Source: Candidatus Zixiibacteriota bacterium
GTDB taxonomy: Bacteria > Zixibacteria > MSB-5A5 > GN15 > JAAZOE01
DNA length: 64,000 nucleotides
Reading direction: 5' to 3'
NCBI GenBank assembly: GCA_043819555.1
Contig: JBDREQ010000073.1
Coordinates: forward strand, 1-64,000
Shown here in pieces: positions 21,263 through 29,761 of the stretch (position 1 is the first letter of the stretch; each line of letters opens with the position of its first letter). Both the position numbers and the translations under genes were made by a program. A model generated the notes under the pieces. It was not told where the DNA came from. It saw nothing but the letters and a program-made list of their open reading frames with translations, and made no database searches.

Positions 21263-21784
21263 ATGGACTTGAAAAACGCCATCCGTTCCATTCCCAATTT
21301 TCCCAAACCGGGAATAGTTTTCCGGGATATCTCTACACTACTGTCCAATCCGGAAGCATTCAAACAATCGCTTGACGAATTTGAAAAGTATTTTCGCGCC
21401 AGAAATATAAATCGCATTGCCGCCATTGATGCCCGCGGCTTTTTATTCGGTGGGGCGTTGGCCGACCGCATGAATATTCCGCTTTGTGTTATTCGAAAAA
21501 AAGGCAAGCTCCCATTCGATACAGTTTCGGCCTCATATGAACTCGAATACGGTACCGATACTCTGGAAATGCACAAAGATGCCATCTTCCCCGGCGATAA
21601 AGTCGCCGTCATCGACGACCTGCTCGCTACCGGTGGAACCCTCGAAGCGTCGTGTCGAATGGTCGAAGAACTTGGGGGAGAGGTTACGACTATCGGTGTT
21701 GTGATTGAATTATCCTTTCTCAATGGCCGTAGTAAACTATCAAAGTTTGATATTTGTGCTTTGGTTGATTATGAGAGTGAATAA
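21263..21784 (+). CDS. apt: Adenine phosphoribosyltransferase
   Basis: FPKPGI.FRDI, RKKGKLP, IDDLLATGGT. Confidence 0.97.
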   Translation: MDLKNAIRSIPNFPKPGIVFRDISTLLSNPEAFKQSLDEFEKYFRARNINRIAAIDARGFLFGGALADRMNIPLCVIRKKGKLPFDTVSASYELEYGTDTLEMHKDAIFPGDKVAVIDDLLATGGTLEASCRMVEELGGEVTTIGVVIELSFLNGRSKLSKFDICALVDYESE

Positions 21785-21827
21785 ACCATAGGATAAATAT
21801 AGTAACCGTGCAGAATAGGAGGATTTA

Positions 21828-22175
21828 ATGATTCTACTTTCATGGATCATTCTTATCGGCGGATTTCTTTTTATTAATGAGGTCTTGCAGTTAAAACTGG
21901 GATCACCAGTACGAGCTATATCGGTGTCATTAACCTGTGCCATTTCAGGTCTTATAGCATGGTATGAATACAAATCAAAGAAACAATTGAAACGGGATTT
22001 CAGATACGCTATACCGCCTCTTGTCATATCATGTATCGGATTTCTGTATTTCATATCAACCTTAGCTTTGCAATACATCCCAACCGGTGTGCTAGTATTT
22101 TTGCCAATGATAATATTGGTTCTGCTCATTAAGGCGCTTATTAAATATATGCAAAAGCTAAATAAGTATAAATGA
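21828..22175 (+). CDS. Hypothetical 4-TM membrane protein
   Basis: AGGAGG RBS; four hydrophobic segments. Confidence 0.65.
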   Translation: MILLSWIILIGGFLFINEVLQLKLGSPVRAISVSLTCAISGLIAWYEYKSKKQLKRDFRYAIPPLVISCIGFLYFISTLALQYIPTGVLVFLPMIILVLLIKALIKYMQKLNKYK

Positions 22176-22198
22176 CATAAATATTATAGGAGATAGAC

Positions 22199-23299
22199 AT
22201 GGATCCACGAGTAAAAAAGCTTGCCGAGTTATTAGTACATTACTCTTTGAAACTTAAGAAAAATCAGTTGGTCAAAATTAGAGGGGAAGTGGCTTCAATG
22301 CCTTTGATTAAGGCGGTTTATATGGAGGCTCTCGATGCTGGCGCCTATCCATATACTACAATTGATATTCCCGATTGCGATGAGGCTTTTCTCAAACGGG
22401 GATCAAATCAACAACTGAGCTACATAAGTCCCATCTCCAAATTGGAAATAAATAAGCTCGATGCCTATATATCAATCTGGGGCGGTGAGAATACCAAGTA
22501 TTTATCCGGAGTTGATCCCAAACGCCAGGCGTTACGGCAAAAAACTCTGAAACCTCTATTGATGCGATTTTTTAAGCGCGAATCTCTGGGGCAGATTAGC
22601 TGGGTTGGAACCCAATTCCCAACGCTGGCGGACGCTCAACTGGCCGAGATGTCACTTACTGAATACGAAGATTTTGTTTATGATGCAGGTCATATCAATG
22701 ACCGTGACCCCTACAAGTACTGGCAAAAAATCGCCAAAGAGCAACGCCTCCTGGTCAGGATCCTCAACCGTATCAGCCTGCTGCAAATCAGAGGTAGCAG
22801 CACCGATATTACAATGCAGGTCAAAGGACGTAAATGGATATCATGCCACGGAACCGAGAATTTTCCCGATGGAGAGATATTTACTTCACCGATTGAAAAC
22901 AGCGCCAACGGCGTTATTAGTTTCAGTTATCCCGCTTCGTATTATGGGCGGGAAGTGTACGACGTTAAACTTGAATTCAAAAACGGTACCATCGTCCACT
23001 CTGAAGCATCTAAAAACTATGAGTTCCTCAAAGGTATGCTGACAACGGATCCCGGCGCCAAGCGGATTGGTGAGATTGCAATCGGCACTAATTACGGTAT
23101 CCAACGCTTTACCCATAATGTTCTATTCGATGAAAAGATAGGTGGCACCTGCCACATGGCCATCGGAGCCGGTATCCCAGAAGCCGGAGGAAAAAACAAG
23201 TCCGGGATTCATTGGGATATGGTTACCGAAATGAAAAAGGGCGGAGAGATTTACGGCGACGGCAGACTGATCTATCGAAGCGGCAAATTCACGATCTAA
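22199..23299 (+). CDS. M29-family aminopeptidase (AmpS/PepS-like)
   Basis: NFPDGEIFTSP, GEIAIG, LFDEKIGGT.H.A.G, IHWDM. Confidence 0.93.
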   Translation: MDPRVKKLAELLVHYSLKLKKNQLVKIRGEVASMPLIKAVYMEALDAGAYPYTTIDIPDCDEAFLKRGSNQQLSYISPISKLEINKLDAYISIWGGENTKYLSGVDPKRQALRQKTLKPLLMRFFKRESLGQISWVGTQFPTLADAQLAEMSLTEYEDFVYDAGHINDRDPYKYWQKIAKEQRLLVRILNRISLLQIRGSSTDITMQVKGRKWISCHGTENFPDGEIFTSPIENSANGVISFSYPASYYGREVYDVKLEFKNGTIVHSEASKNYEFLKGMLTTDPGAKRIGEIAIGTNYGIQRFTHNVLFDEKIGGTCHMAIGAGIPEAGGKNKSGIHWDMVTEMKKGGEIYGDGRLIYRSGKFTI

Positions 23300-23369
23300 G
23301 ACCGATTACTCAAAATTCAATATAAGCGTTTCTTGCCGCCCCCATTTTATTATATCATTATATTTAAAA

Positions 23370-23476
23370 TGTACGTTTACGCACGGCAAGTGTGCGATAA
23401 CGAACACGTATGATGATTATGAATTGATGCAAGTATTTGATATGTGCGATGTTAACGGCTTGGCATTATATTTGCT
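23370..23476 (+). promoter_or_regulatory. Sigma54-type promoter with upstream activator sites and IHF-like site
   Basis: TTGGCAT-TATAT-TTGCT (23460-23476); inverted pair TGTACGTTTACGCAC / GTGCGATAACGAACA (23370-23406); CAAGTATTTGATA (23430-23442). Confidence 0.7.
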
Positions 23477-23511
23477 TATATCTTTAAGTAAATGTAGTTA
23501 GTTAAGGTGGG

Positions 23512-25875
23512 ATGATGATTAAGAACTTCTTTAAGATCGCCATCAGAAGTATCATAAAGCAGCGATGGTATGCGGTCATAAATATAATTGGGTTAGCCAT
23601 TGGGATATCTTGCATAGCTATGGCATTCCTTTACGCGCAGTATGAATTCAGCTTTGACAGATTCCATAAAGATGCTAATAGGATTTACAGGGTAGTCAGC
23701 AAGGAAACAGGTGTTTCAACGCCTTCCGAAATGTCGCCGACTATGATGGAAAGATACCCGGAAGTTGAATCGGCAACCCGTTTACAATTCGGCAGCTACG
23801 ATAAGAATCGGGTATTGTTTTATTACCATGATAAATCTTTTTATAGTGAAGGTTACTTCGCGGATGAGCGTTTTTTTGACGTTTTTTCATTTCCATTTAT
23901 AATGGGTGAACCGCGGAAAGCCTTAACCGAGCCTAATACTTTGGTAATTACGAAAGGTTTTGCCCGGAAGTATTTCGGAGACGACGACCCGATCGGGGAA
24001 ACAATTAGTTTTGACAAGAAGTATGACCTCCGAGTGACAGGGGTCATTGATGATATTCCTTCCAATTCGCATCTTCAGTTTGATTTCCTTGTTTCTTTTG
24101 CCACCTATGCCGCGACAGCATCAGGCAAATCCTACACGCGGTGCTGGGCCTGCAACCTTTTTCTGACTTATGTCAAATTGCATGATAATGTGGAGATTGC
24201 CCCTTTGAACGGCAAACTGGATGAAATGATATTGGAAAAAACAGGGACTCATTCCGATTATTTTATTCAACCGATGACAGACATTAGATTATTCTCAGGA
24301 TTGGACCGCGAGCCGGGCACATCCAATATCAGCGATATATATTATGTCCATCTGGCGCTTTCCATTTCCCTGTTAATATTGATATTAGGATGTCTAAACT
24401 ACATTAATATCGCCACCGCCAGGATTTCATCCCGGGCCAATGAAATCGGAATTCGTAAAATGATTGGAGCCGGTAAAAGACTAATAATAATCCAATACAT
24501 AATTGAATCATTGTTAATGACATTCTTTGCGATGATATTATCGGTAATCCTGATGGAGCTTCTAATTCCATGGGTTAATTCCTATGCAAACATAGATATT
24601 GAAATTAGTTTTATAAATAATCCACCTTTTCTGCTCTTTGCAATATTTCTTTGTTTCGCGGTTGGCATAGTTGCCGGCGGTTACCCGGCCCTGGTTCTTT
24701 CTGCCATCAAGCCTTTGAGAGTAATAAATAATATATTTATCGCTGGCAGAGATGGCGTACGGTTGCGCCAGCTTTTTGTAATAATTCAATTCGGTGCAGC
24801 CGTCTGTCTCCTTATTATCACGTTAATTATTAATTTGCAGCTATACTATGTGGATAATTTAGATGTCGGTTATGATAAGAATAATATCGTCGTGATGAAA
24901 CTGAAGGGCGAAGATTTTGAGAAAAACAAGCAAAGCATTAAAAATGAGATACTAAAGCATTCCAAAGTTCTGGGTGCGACATATTCAGATGCATTGCCGC
25001 ATCTCATTTTGAATTCAACAACTAATAAAGTCGCCGATGAAAAAGGAGATTCTGCCGATCTATCAATATATTTTTGTGAAGTTGATGAGAATTTCACTGA
25101 TGTCTTTAATATTTCTATAGTAGGGGGCAGGAATTTCTCACCAGAGTTTAACGATACCCGGGAATCATCGGTCATCCTAAATGAATCTGCCATAAGGGCA
25201 ATCGATAAAGAAAATCCGATTGGCCGGCCCTATACAATGGGGGGAAATATTGACGCAAAAGTTATCGGTGTTGTGAAAGATTTTAATTTTCTGCCATTGC
25301 ATAAATCGATTGCACCATTGGTATTATTATACGGCGATGGAAAATATCTATCCGTAAAAATACAAAGCGGCAGCCGCGAATCTACAATAAAAAGTATTGA
25401 AGAAATAGTAAGAAGATTGGTCCCGGATTATCCATTTGAGTATAAAATGCTGGATGATTATTACCGCAGTGCATATTCCTCGGAAAACAATTTGAATATT
25501 GCCTTAAATGTCTTTGCCGCCATTGCCATCATTGTAGCCTGTCTGGGTTTGATGGGCCTGTCATCTTTCTCCGCGGCGCAAAAATCAAAGGAAATCGCCA
25601 TCCGCAAAGTATTGGGCGCATCAGTATCTGATATTGTGAAAATGCTTTCAAAAGAATATATTGTTCTGGTTGCGATTGCTAATATTATTGCCTGGCCGAT
25701 TGCTTTCTATGTTGTAAAAACCTGGCTGGAAAATTTTGTCTATCGCGTCAATATTGAATTATCAATGTTCTTCGCGGCCGGTTTTTCCGCGATACTTATT
25801 GCCCTGATAACTGTCAGTTTTCAGGCGATTAAAGCCGCCCTTGCCGATCCAATTGATGGCATCCGCCATGAATAA
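23512..25875 (+). CDS. MacB/FtsX-type ABC transporter permease (two MacB_PCD + FtsX repeats)
   Basis: INI.GLAIG, EIGIRK..GA and EIAIRKVLGAS, A...P...RHE end. Confidence 0.93.
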   Translation: MMIKNFFKIAIRSIIKQRWYAVINIIGLAIGISCIAMAFLYAQYEFSFDRFHKDANRIYRVVSKETGVSTPSEMSPTMMERYPEVESATRLQFGSYDKNRVLFYYHDKSFYSEGYFADERFFDVFSFPFIMGEPRKALTEPNTLVITKGFARKYFGDDDPIGETISFDKKYDLRVTGVIDDIPSNSHLQFDFLVSFATYAATASGKSYTRCWACNLFLTYVKLHDNVEIAPLNGKLDEMILEKTGTHSDYFIQPMTDIRLFSGLDREPGTSNISDIYYVHLALSISLLILILGCLNYINIATARISSRANEIGIRKMIGAGKRLIIIQYIIESLLMTFFAMILSVILMELLIPWVNSYANIDIEISFINNPPFLLFAIFLCFAVGIVAGGYPALVLSAIKPLRVINNIFIAGRDGVRLRQLFVIIQFGAAVCLLIITLIINLQLYYVDNLDVGYDKNNIVVMKLKGEDFEKNKQSIKNEILKHSKVLGATYSDALPHLILNSTTNKVADEKGDSADLSIYFCEVDENFTDVFNISIVGGRNFSPEFNDTRESSVILNESAIRAIDKENPIGRPYTMGGNIDAKVIGVVKDFNFLPLHKSIAPLVLLYGDGKYLSVKIQSGSRESTIKSIEEIVRRLVPDYPFEYKMLDDYYRSAYSSENNLNIALNVFAAIAIIVACLGLMGLSSFSAAQKSKEIAIRKVLGASVSDIVKMLSKEYIVLVAIANIIAWPIAFYVVKTWLENFVYRVNIELSMFFAAGFSAILIALITVSFQAIKAALADPIDGIRHE

Positions 25876-26065
25876 ATAATGCATACATTAATTGACGAAA
25901 AGAGACAAATGTTGTGCGCGGGTGACCCATAGCCACATCATAAAAACTTCAGACAAGGTGTAGCGGCAACCCTCGGGTTGTCGTTTGGTATTCTACCGTT
26001 AAGTGAAAAATAATGGGTAATTCGTTCTTGAGTTTAATTGGGTTATTACATATTATTGATTTAAT

Positions 26066-26139
26066 GCCCCCGTAGCTCACCAGGACAGAGCATCGGTTTC
26101 CTAAACCGAGTGCAGCAGGTTCGAGTCCTGCCGGGGGTA
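26066..26139 (+). tRNA. tRNA-Arg(CCT)
   Basis: GCCCCCG/CGGGGGT acceptor stem, TCGGT-TTCCTAA-ACCGA anticodon arm, GCAGGTTCGAGTCCTGC T-arm. Confidence 0.94.
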
Positions 26140-26150
26140 ATATATATATA

Positions 26151-26179
26151 TTGACAATCATTGCGCTTCTCAATAGATT
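26151..26179 (+). promoter_or_regulatory. Putative sigma70 promoter at islet start
   Basis: TTGACA-N17-TAGATT. Confidence 0.55.
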
Positions 26180-26299
26180 TTTGCATAGATATTAATGATC
26201 TACTGCTTGAGCGTACGCTTGATATTCAAAAGTAAGTTGTGGATTACTCTGTCGGCGTACATCAGCGGTTCTCTATTTTCAAAACGAAGGAGGAATAGG

Positions 26300-26587
26300 A
26301 TGAAGAAGGTGCCTTATTACAAGACCCTTTTAAGCGAAGGTATTGACTTAACTAAGAACGTGAGTAGCCTAACAGGTCTGAGCTATGAAAACACATATCA
26401 TAAGATTAATCTACTTGATCCACCCCTCACTGATGGATTGGGTCATATTAGTATAGATTATTATAAGGATTTTGCCAGATCATATGGTGCATCCGATCAT
26501 ACAATCGCAAAATCACTAACCAATATTACAGGTTTAGGTTACGAGAACATACTTATTCAAGTCAAAATGCCTAAAATAGATTACTAA
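26300..26587 (+). CDS. Small hypothetical protein with internal repeat (95 aa)
   Basis: AGGAGG RBS before ATG 26300; repeat K.(V/L)(S/T).(L/I)TGL.YEN occurs twice. Confidence 0.65.
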   Translation: MKKVPYYKTLLSEGIDLTKNVSSLTGLSYENTYHKINLLDPPLTDGLGHISIDYYKDFARSYGASDHTIAKSLTNITGLGYENILIQVKMPKIDY

Positions 26588-26648
26588 ACCTGTGATCCAC
26601 AGTTTGCTGCGGAATTGATTGATGGATTTACAACTGCGTATATTCAAT

Positions 26649-26680
26649 TCTAATGGTTCGAAAATCGTTCAATACGGGTA
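26649..26680 (+). repeat. Direct repeat copy 1
   Basis: TCTAATGGTTCGAAAATCGTTCAATACGGGTA. Confidence 0.9.
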
Positions 26681-26836
26681 CATGCAATTATTAATTGACA
26701 GAGTCTTACCAGGATTTCTGAGACAGCCGTTGTTATTATTTCTCATAAGACTGATTATGAGCTTTTGGAAATTGCCTCTAATAATAGTATATTGGCAACA
26801 TCATCAGCCCGTTAATAATGGAGCATAAATATTCAA

Positions 26837-27766
26837 ATGAGCAATAATAAATACAAAGGGACCGTGTTTTTCATTGACGATGAAAAGAGAATGCAGGATT
26901 CCATGAAAGTCTTGCTTGAGGATGAAGGATATCGTGTCTTCACTACGGGCAGCAATGATGAGGCCATACTAATCATGAATGATTATCGGAATGACATAGA
27001 TATTGTGATTCAAGATGGTAATCGACCACAAGGACAATGTATGGGGGATGTAGACATTCCGTCACGGGACGTTAGTGTTGCCTTCTTCCTGAGATATATA
27101 AGAAAAATACTTCCAGATATTCCTGCCGCATTCTGCACTTGGAGAAATGACATTGAATTTCTTAAAGCAGTCGAATCATTCCAGAATACATTCTACATTC
27201 CCAAGCCGGTGGAATATCCTTGTTTCAGTGCACTGATTGAAGCGTGTACAGGGAATAGAGAAGTACTTTATAATAGCGAATCTGTGGATCGTCAAATCTC
27301 ACTCGTTCAGACTGAGTTCATTGATGCAAGTGATGATTTGATAAAATATCTTACAATAAACCCTGATTACATGTATAACCTCAACCCGAGAAAGTTCGAA
27401 GAAGTGGTTGCGAAGCTTCTGGAAAGGGCAGGATTTTCTATAACCCTGACCCCAGGTACACGAGATGGAGGGAAAGATATTTATGCGATCCATAAAACCG
27501 ACGTTGGTCACATGCTCATACTCGTTGAGTGTAAAAGACATAATAAGGATAACAAGGTTGGTGTAGATGTCGTGAGATCCTTATATGGAGTAAAAATGGC
27601 AGAGAGGGCCAATATGGGTGTAGTCGTTACAACGTCATTCTTTACACGCGATGCATATGAATTTAAGAAGCAGGTTGGATATGATCTCAGCCTTCGAGAT
27701 TATAATGATCTAACTGATTGGTTACGAGCATATTGTAATAATCCTGACGGCGCATTAAATATTTAA
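26837..27766 (+). CDS. Response-regulator receiver domain fused to Mrr-type (PD-(D/E)xK) restriction endonuclease
   Basis: N-terminal REC (FIDDE, VIQD, CT, IPKP); C-terminal Mrr_cat (PRKFEEVVA.LL...G, DGGKDI, VECKR, VVRSLYG, VTTSFFT..A). Confidence 0.88.
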   Translation: MSNNKYKGTVFFIDDEKRMQDSMKVLLEDEGYRVFTTGSNDEAILIMNDYRNDIDIVIQDGNRPQGQCMGDVDIPSRDVSVAFFLRYIRKILPDIPAAFCTWRNDIEFLKAVESFQNTFYIPKPVEYPCFSALIEACTGNREVLYNSESVDRQISLVQTEFIDASDDLIKYLTINPDYMYNLNPRKFEEVVAKLLERAGFSITLTPGTRDGGKDIYAIHKTDVGHMLILVECKRHNKDNKVGVDVVRSLYGVKMAERANMGVVVTTSFFTRDAYEFKKQVGYDLSLRDYNDLTDWLRAYCNNPDGALNI

Positions 27767-27872
27767 ATATTGGAGAAATGACCGCTATCTAAATGAGACA
27801 AAATCCTTTTTGTTCTCAATACAAGGCTAATAGAAAAAACATCTTATCTTATTCATACCGCGGAAACTCGAA

Positions 27873-27905
27873 TCTAATGGTTCGAAAATCGTTCAGTACG
27901 GGGTA
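27873..27905 (+). repeat. Direct repeat copy 2
   Basis: TCTAATGGTTCGAAAATCGTTCAGTACGGGGTA; 29 of the first 30 nt identical to copy 1. Confidence 0.9.
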
Positions 27906-27944
27906 TGTAGATTAATATTTAAACAAGATACAAAATTATATCAT

Positions 27945-28952
27945 ATGAAAGTTTCGATATCTCAACTCATTAGCGAACCAAAAAACGAAGGAAGACATGT
28001 TGTTATTCTTGGAGCCGGTGCGAGTAAACAGGCTTTTCCTGATGGCGATATGAATGGTAAAATCCCACCAATAATGAATGAGCTATTTGGATTACTCAAT
28101 ATTGGGCAAAAACTGAAAAATACAGGGATTAACTTTAAGAATGAAAACTTTGAAGAAGTTTATAGTGAACTTTCAGTAAAAATGCCTAATTCCCAGATAA
28201 TAGAAGATATCGATTTAAACATTAGAGAATATTTTTCCTCCCTGCAAATTTCTGCAAATCCAACTTTATATGATCATTTGATTCTCTCATTAAGGCCAAA
28301 AGATTTTGTATTTACATTTAATTGGGATCCCTTTCTATATGAAGCCTGGAATCGCAATATTCATAATGCACCGTCACCCAAAATTGCCCATTTACATGGA
28401 AATGTCCGCATAGGGTATTGTTTAGAGCACAAAGTATATGGAGAAAATGGTCGAAAATGTCCAAATTGTAATAATCTTTTTTGCCGAACCCCATTACTTT
28501 ATCCAGTCGCTGTTAAAAATTATAATGATGATCCATTTATTAAAAGTGAATGGGAGTTATTTAGTGAAAGTCTATCTAAGGCAAGCCTGGTTACAATCTT
28601 TGGATATAGCGCCCCATCAATTGATGTAGAAGCTGTTAATATTATGCAAAATTCATGGGGAAGAGATAATCGATTTATAGAACGAATTGAAGTCATTGAT
28701 ACCAAGGAAAAGGCTGAAGTTGAGAAGACATGGAGTCCTCTTGTTGTAAGAAACTACCTTGATTATTCACAGGATTTCTATCAATCCAGAATTGCGTCAC
28801 ACCCAAGACGAACATGTGAGCAATTTCTTCATACGAATTTTCAAGGACATTTTGTCGAGGAAAATCCGTTGCCTATCAATGCAGATTTTGATGAGTTATA
28901 TAATTGGCTATCACCTCTATTAAAGGCCGAAACCGAAATTGAAAAATCCTAA
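27945..28952 (+). CDS. SIR2-like (SIR2_2-type) protein
   Basis: VILGAGAS, FTFNWD, HLHGN, C..H...CPNC, IFGYS sirtuin-like motifs in canonical order. Confidence 0.82.
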   Translation: MKVSISQLISEPKNEGRHVVILGAGASKQAFPDGDMNGKIPPIMNELFGLLNIGQKLKNTGINFKNENFEEVYSELSVKMPNSQIIEDIDLNIREYFSSLQISANPTLYDHLILSLRPKDFVFTFNWDPFLYEAWNRNIHNAPSPKIAHLHGNVRIGYCLEHKVYGENGRKCPNCNNLFCRTPLLYPVAVKNYNDDPFIKSEWELFSESLSKASLVTIFGYSAPSIDVEAVNIMQNSWGRDNRFIERIEVIDTKEKAEVEKTWSPLVVRNYLDYSQDFYQSRIASHPRRTCEQFLHTNFQGHFVEENPLPINADFDELYNWLSPLLKAETEIEKS

Positions 28953-29019
28953 ATAGAACAGTAAAATATAAGTTTGCTAAGCGAGAGAGTTATTCGGCGT
29001 AGAATTATTTTTCAACAAT

Positions 29020-29058
29020 AAAAAAAAGGACCTAATTCAAAATCAGGTCCCTTTTTAT
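29020..29058. terminator. Bidirectional intrinsic terminator between convergent genes
   Basis: AAAAAAAAGGACCT-loop-AGGTCCCTTTTT. Confidence 0.75.
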
Positions 29059-29102
29059 TATCGTTCAAGCTGCTTTTGGTAAGCAGGCGTTGTAGTCAAA
29101 GA

Positions 29103-29474
29103 TTACCAGCGTCCGCCGCCGCCATCGCGACCGCCACGACCACCGCCGCGACCACCGCCGCCGCGACCGCCGCCGCCGTAGCCACCACGACCACCACCGC
29201 CACGACCACCACCGCCGCCGCCACGATTTTCAGTGCGCGGGCGAGCTTCGTTGACGTTTAGATTACGTCCTTTGAACTCGGACTCATGCAAAGCCGCTAT
29301 AGCTGCTTTGGCCTTTTCGTCATCATCCATTTCAATAAATCCAAAACCTTTGGACTCACCACTGTACTTGTCTTTGATGATGTTGATACTTGAAATTTCA
29401 CCATGCTCCGCAAATATTTCGCGAAGATCATCTTCCGTCGTTTGATACGACAGGTTTCCTACGTAGATTTTCAT
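29103..29474 (-). CDS. RRM RNA-binding protein with Gly/Arg-rich tail
   Basis: RNP2 IYVGNL, RNP1 KGFGFIEM, VNEARPR, RGGGG repeats. Confidence 0.96.
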   Translation of the reverse strand: MKIYVGNLSYQTTEDDLREIFAEHGEISSINIIKDKYSGESKGFGFIEMDDDEKAKAAIAALHESEFKGRNLNVNEARPRTENRGGGGGGRGGGGRGGYGGGGRGGGGRGGGRGGRDGGGGRW

Positions 29475-29761
29475 TCTACTCTCCGTATTACGTTTATCGC
29501 ATGCCGGAGCCGACCCTGATCCAGAAATCCTCGACCCTCGATAAACCCATTATTGCGCGTTATTGCGCTTCGTCCTTATCTAAGATTCTTGGAAGAATTG
29601 GTCAGGAGAACAAATCTTTACGAAACCATAGTCCAGGACATTTCTAATTCACATATCTATATACGGCAAAAAAGGCCAAAGTCAACACCGTTTTTACAAA
29701 TTATTTTGTTGGCGAAGCCAGAATTTAAACATAAAATGTAGCAACATTTCGGGAGGATTAT

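Larger units (their letters stand above)
26140..29010. mobile_element. Putative tRNA-anchored accessory/defence islet (no integrase visible)
   Basis: Starts at the tRNA-Arg 3' end, visibly AT-richer than flanks, carries Mrr-like and SIR2-like genes and a direct repeat; boundaries approximate. Confidence 0.55.

Noticed and set aside
26619..26828. 69-aa ORF in the islet
   Set aside because: No RBS, runs through the repeat and has no recognisable domain; at most a gene relic
26649..27905. Repeat pair as a CRISPR array or integron attC sites
   Set aside because: Only two copies 1.2 kb apart; no spacers or cas genes; no RYYYAAC...GTTRRRY palindrome or integrase
28953..29020. attR duplicate of the tRNA-Arg 3' end
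   Set aside because: No copy of the tRNA 3' sequence found at the right boundary, so no intact integrative element is claimed
29076..29261. Ala/Thr-rich ORF on the + strand
   Set aside because: Antisense shadow of the Gly-rich tail of the RRM protein
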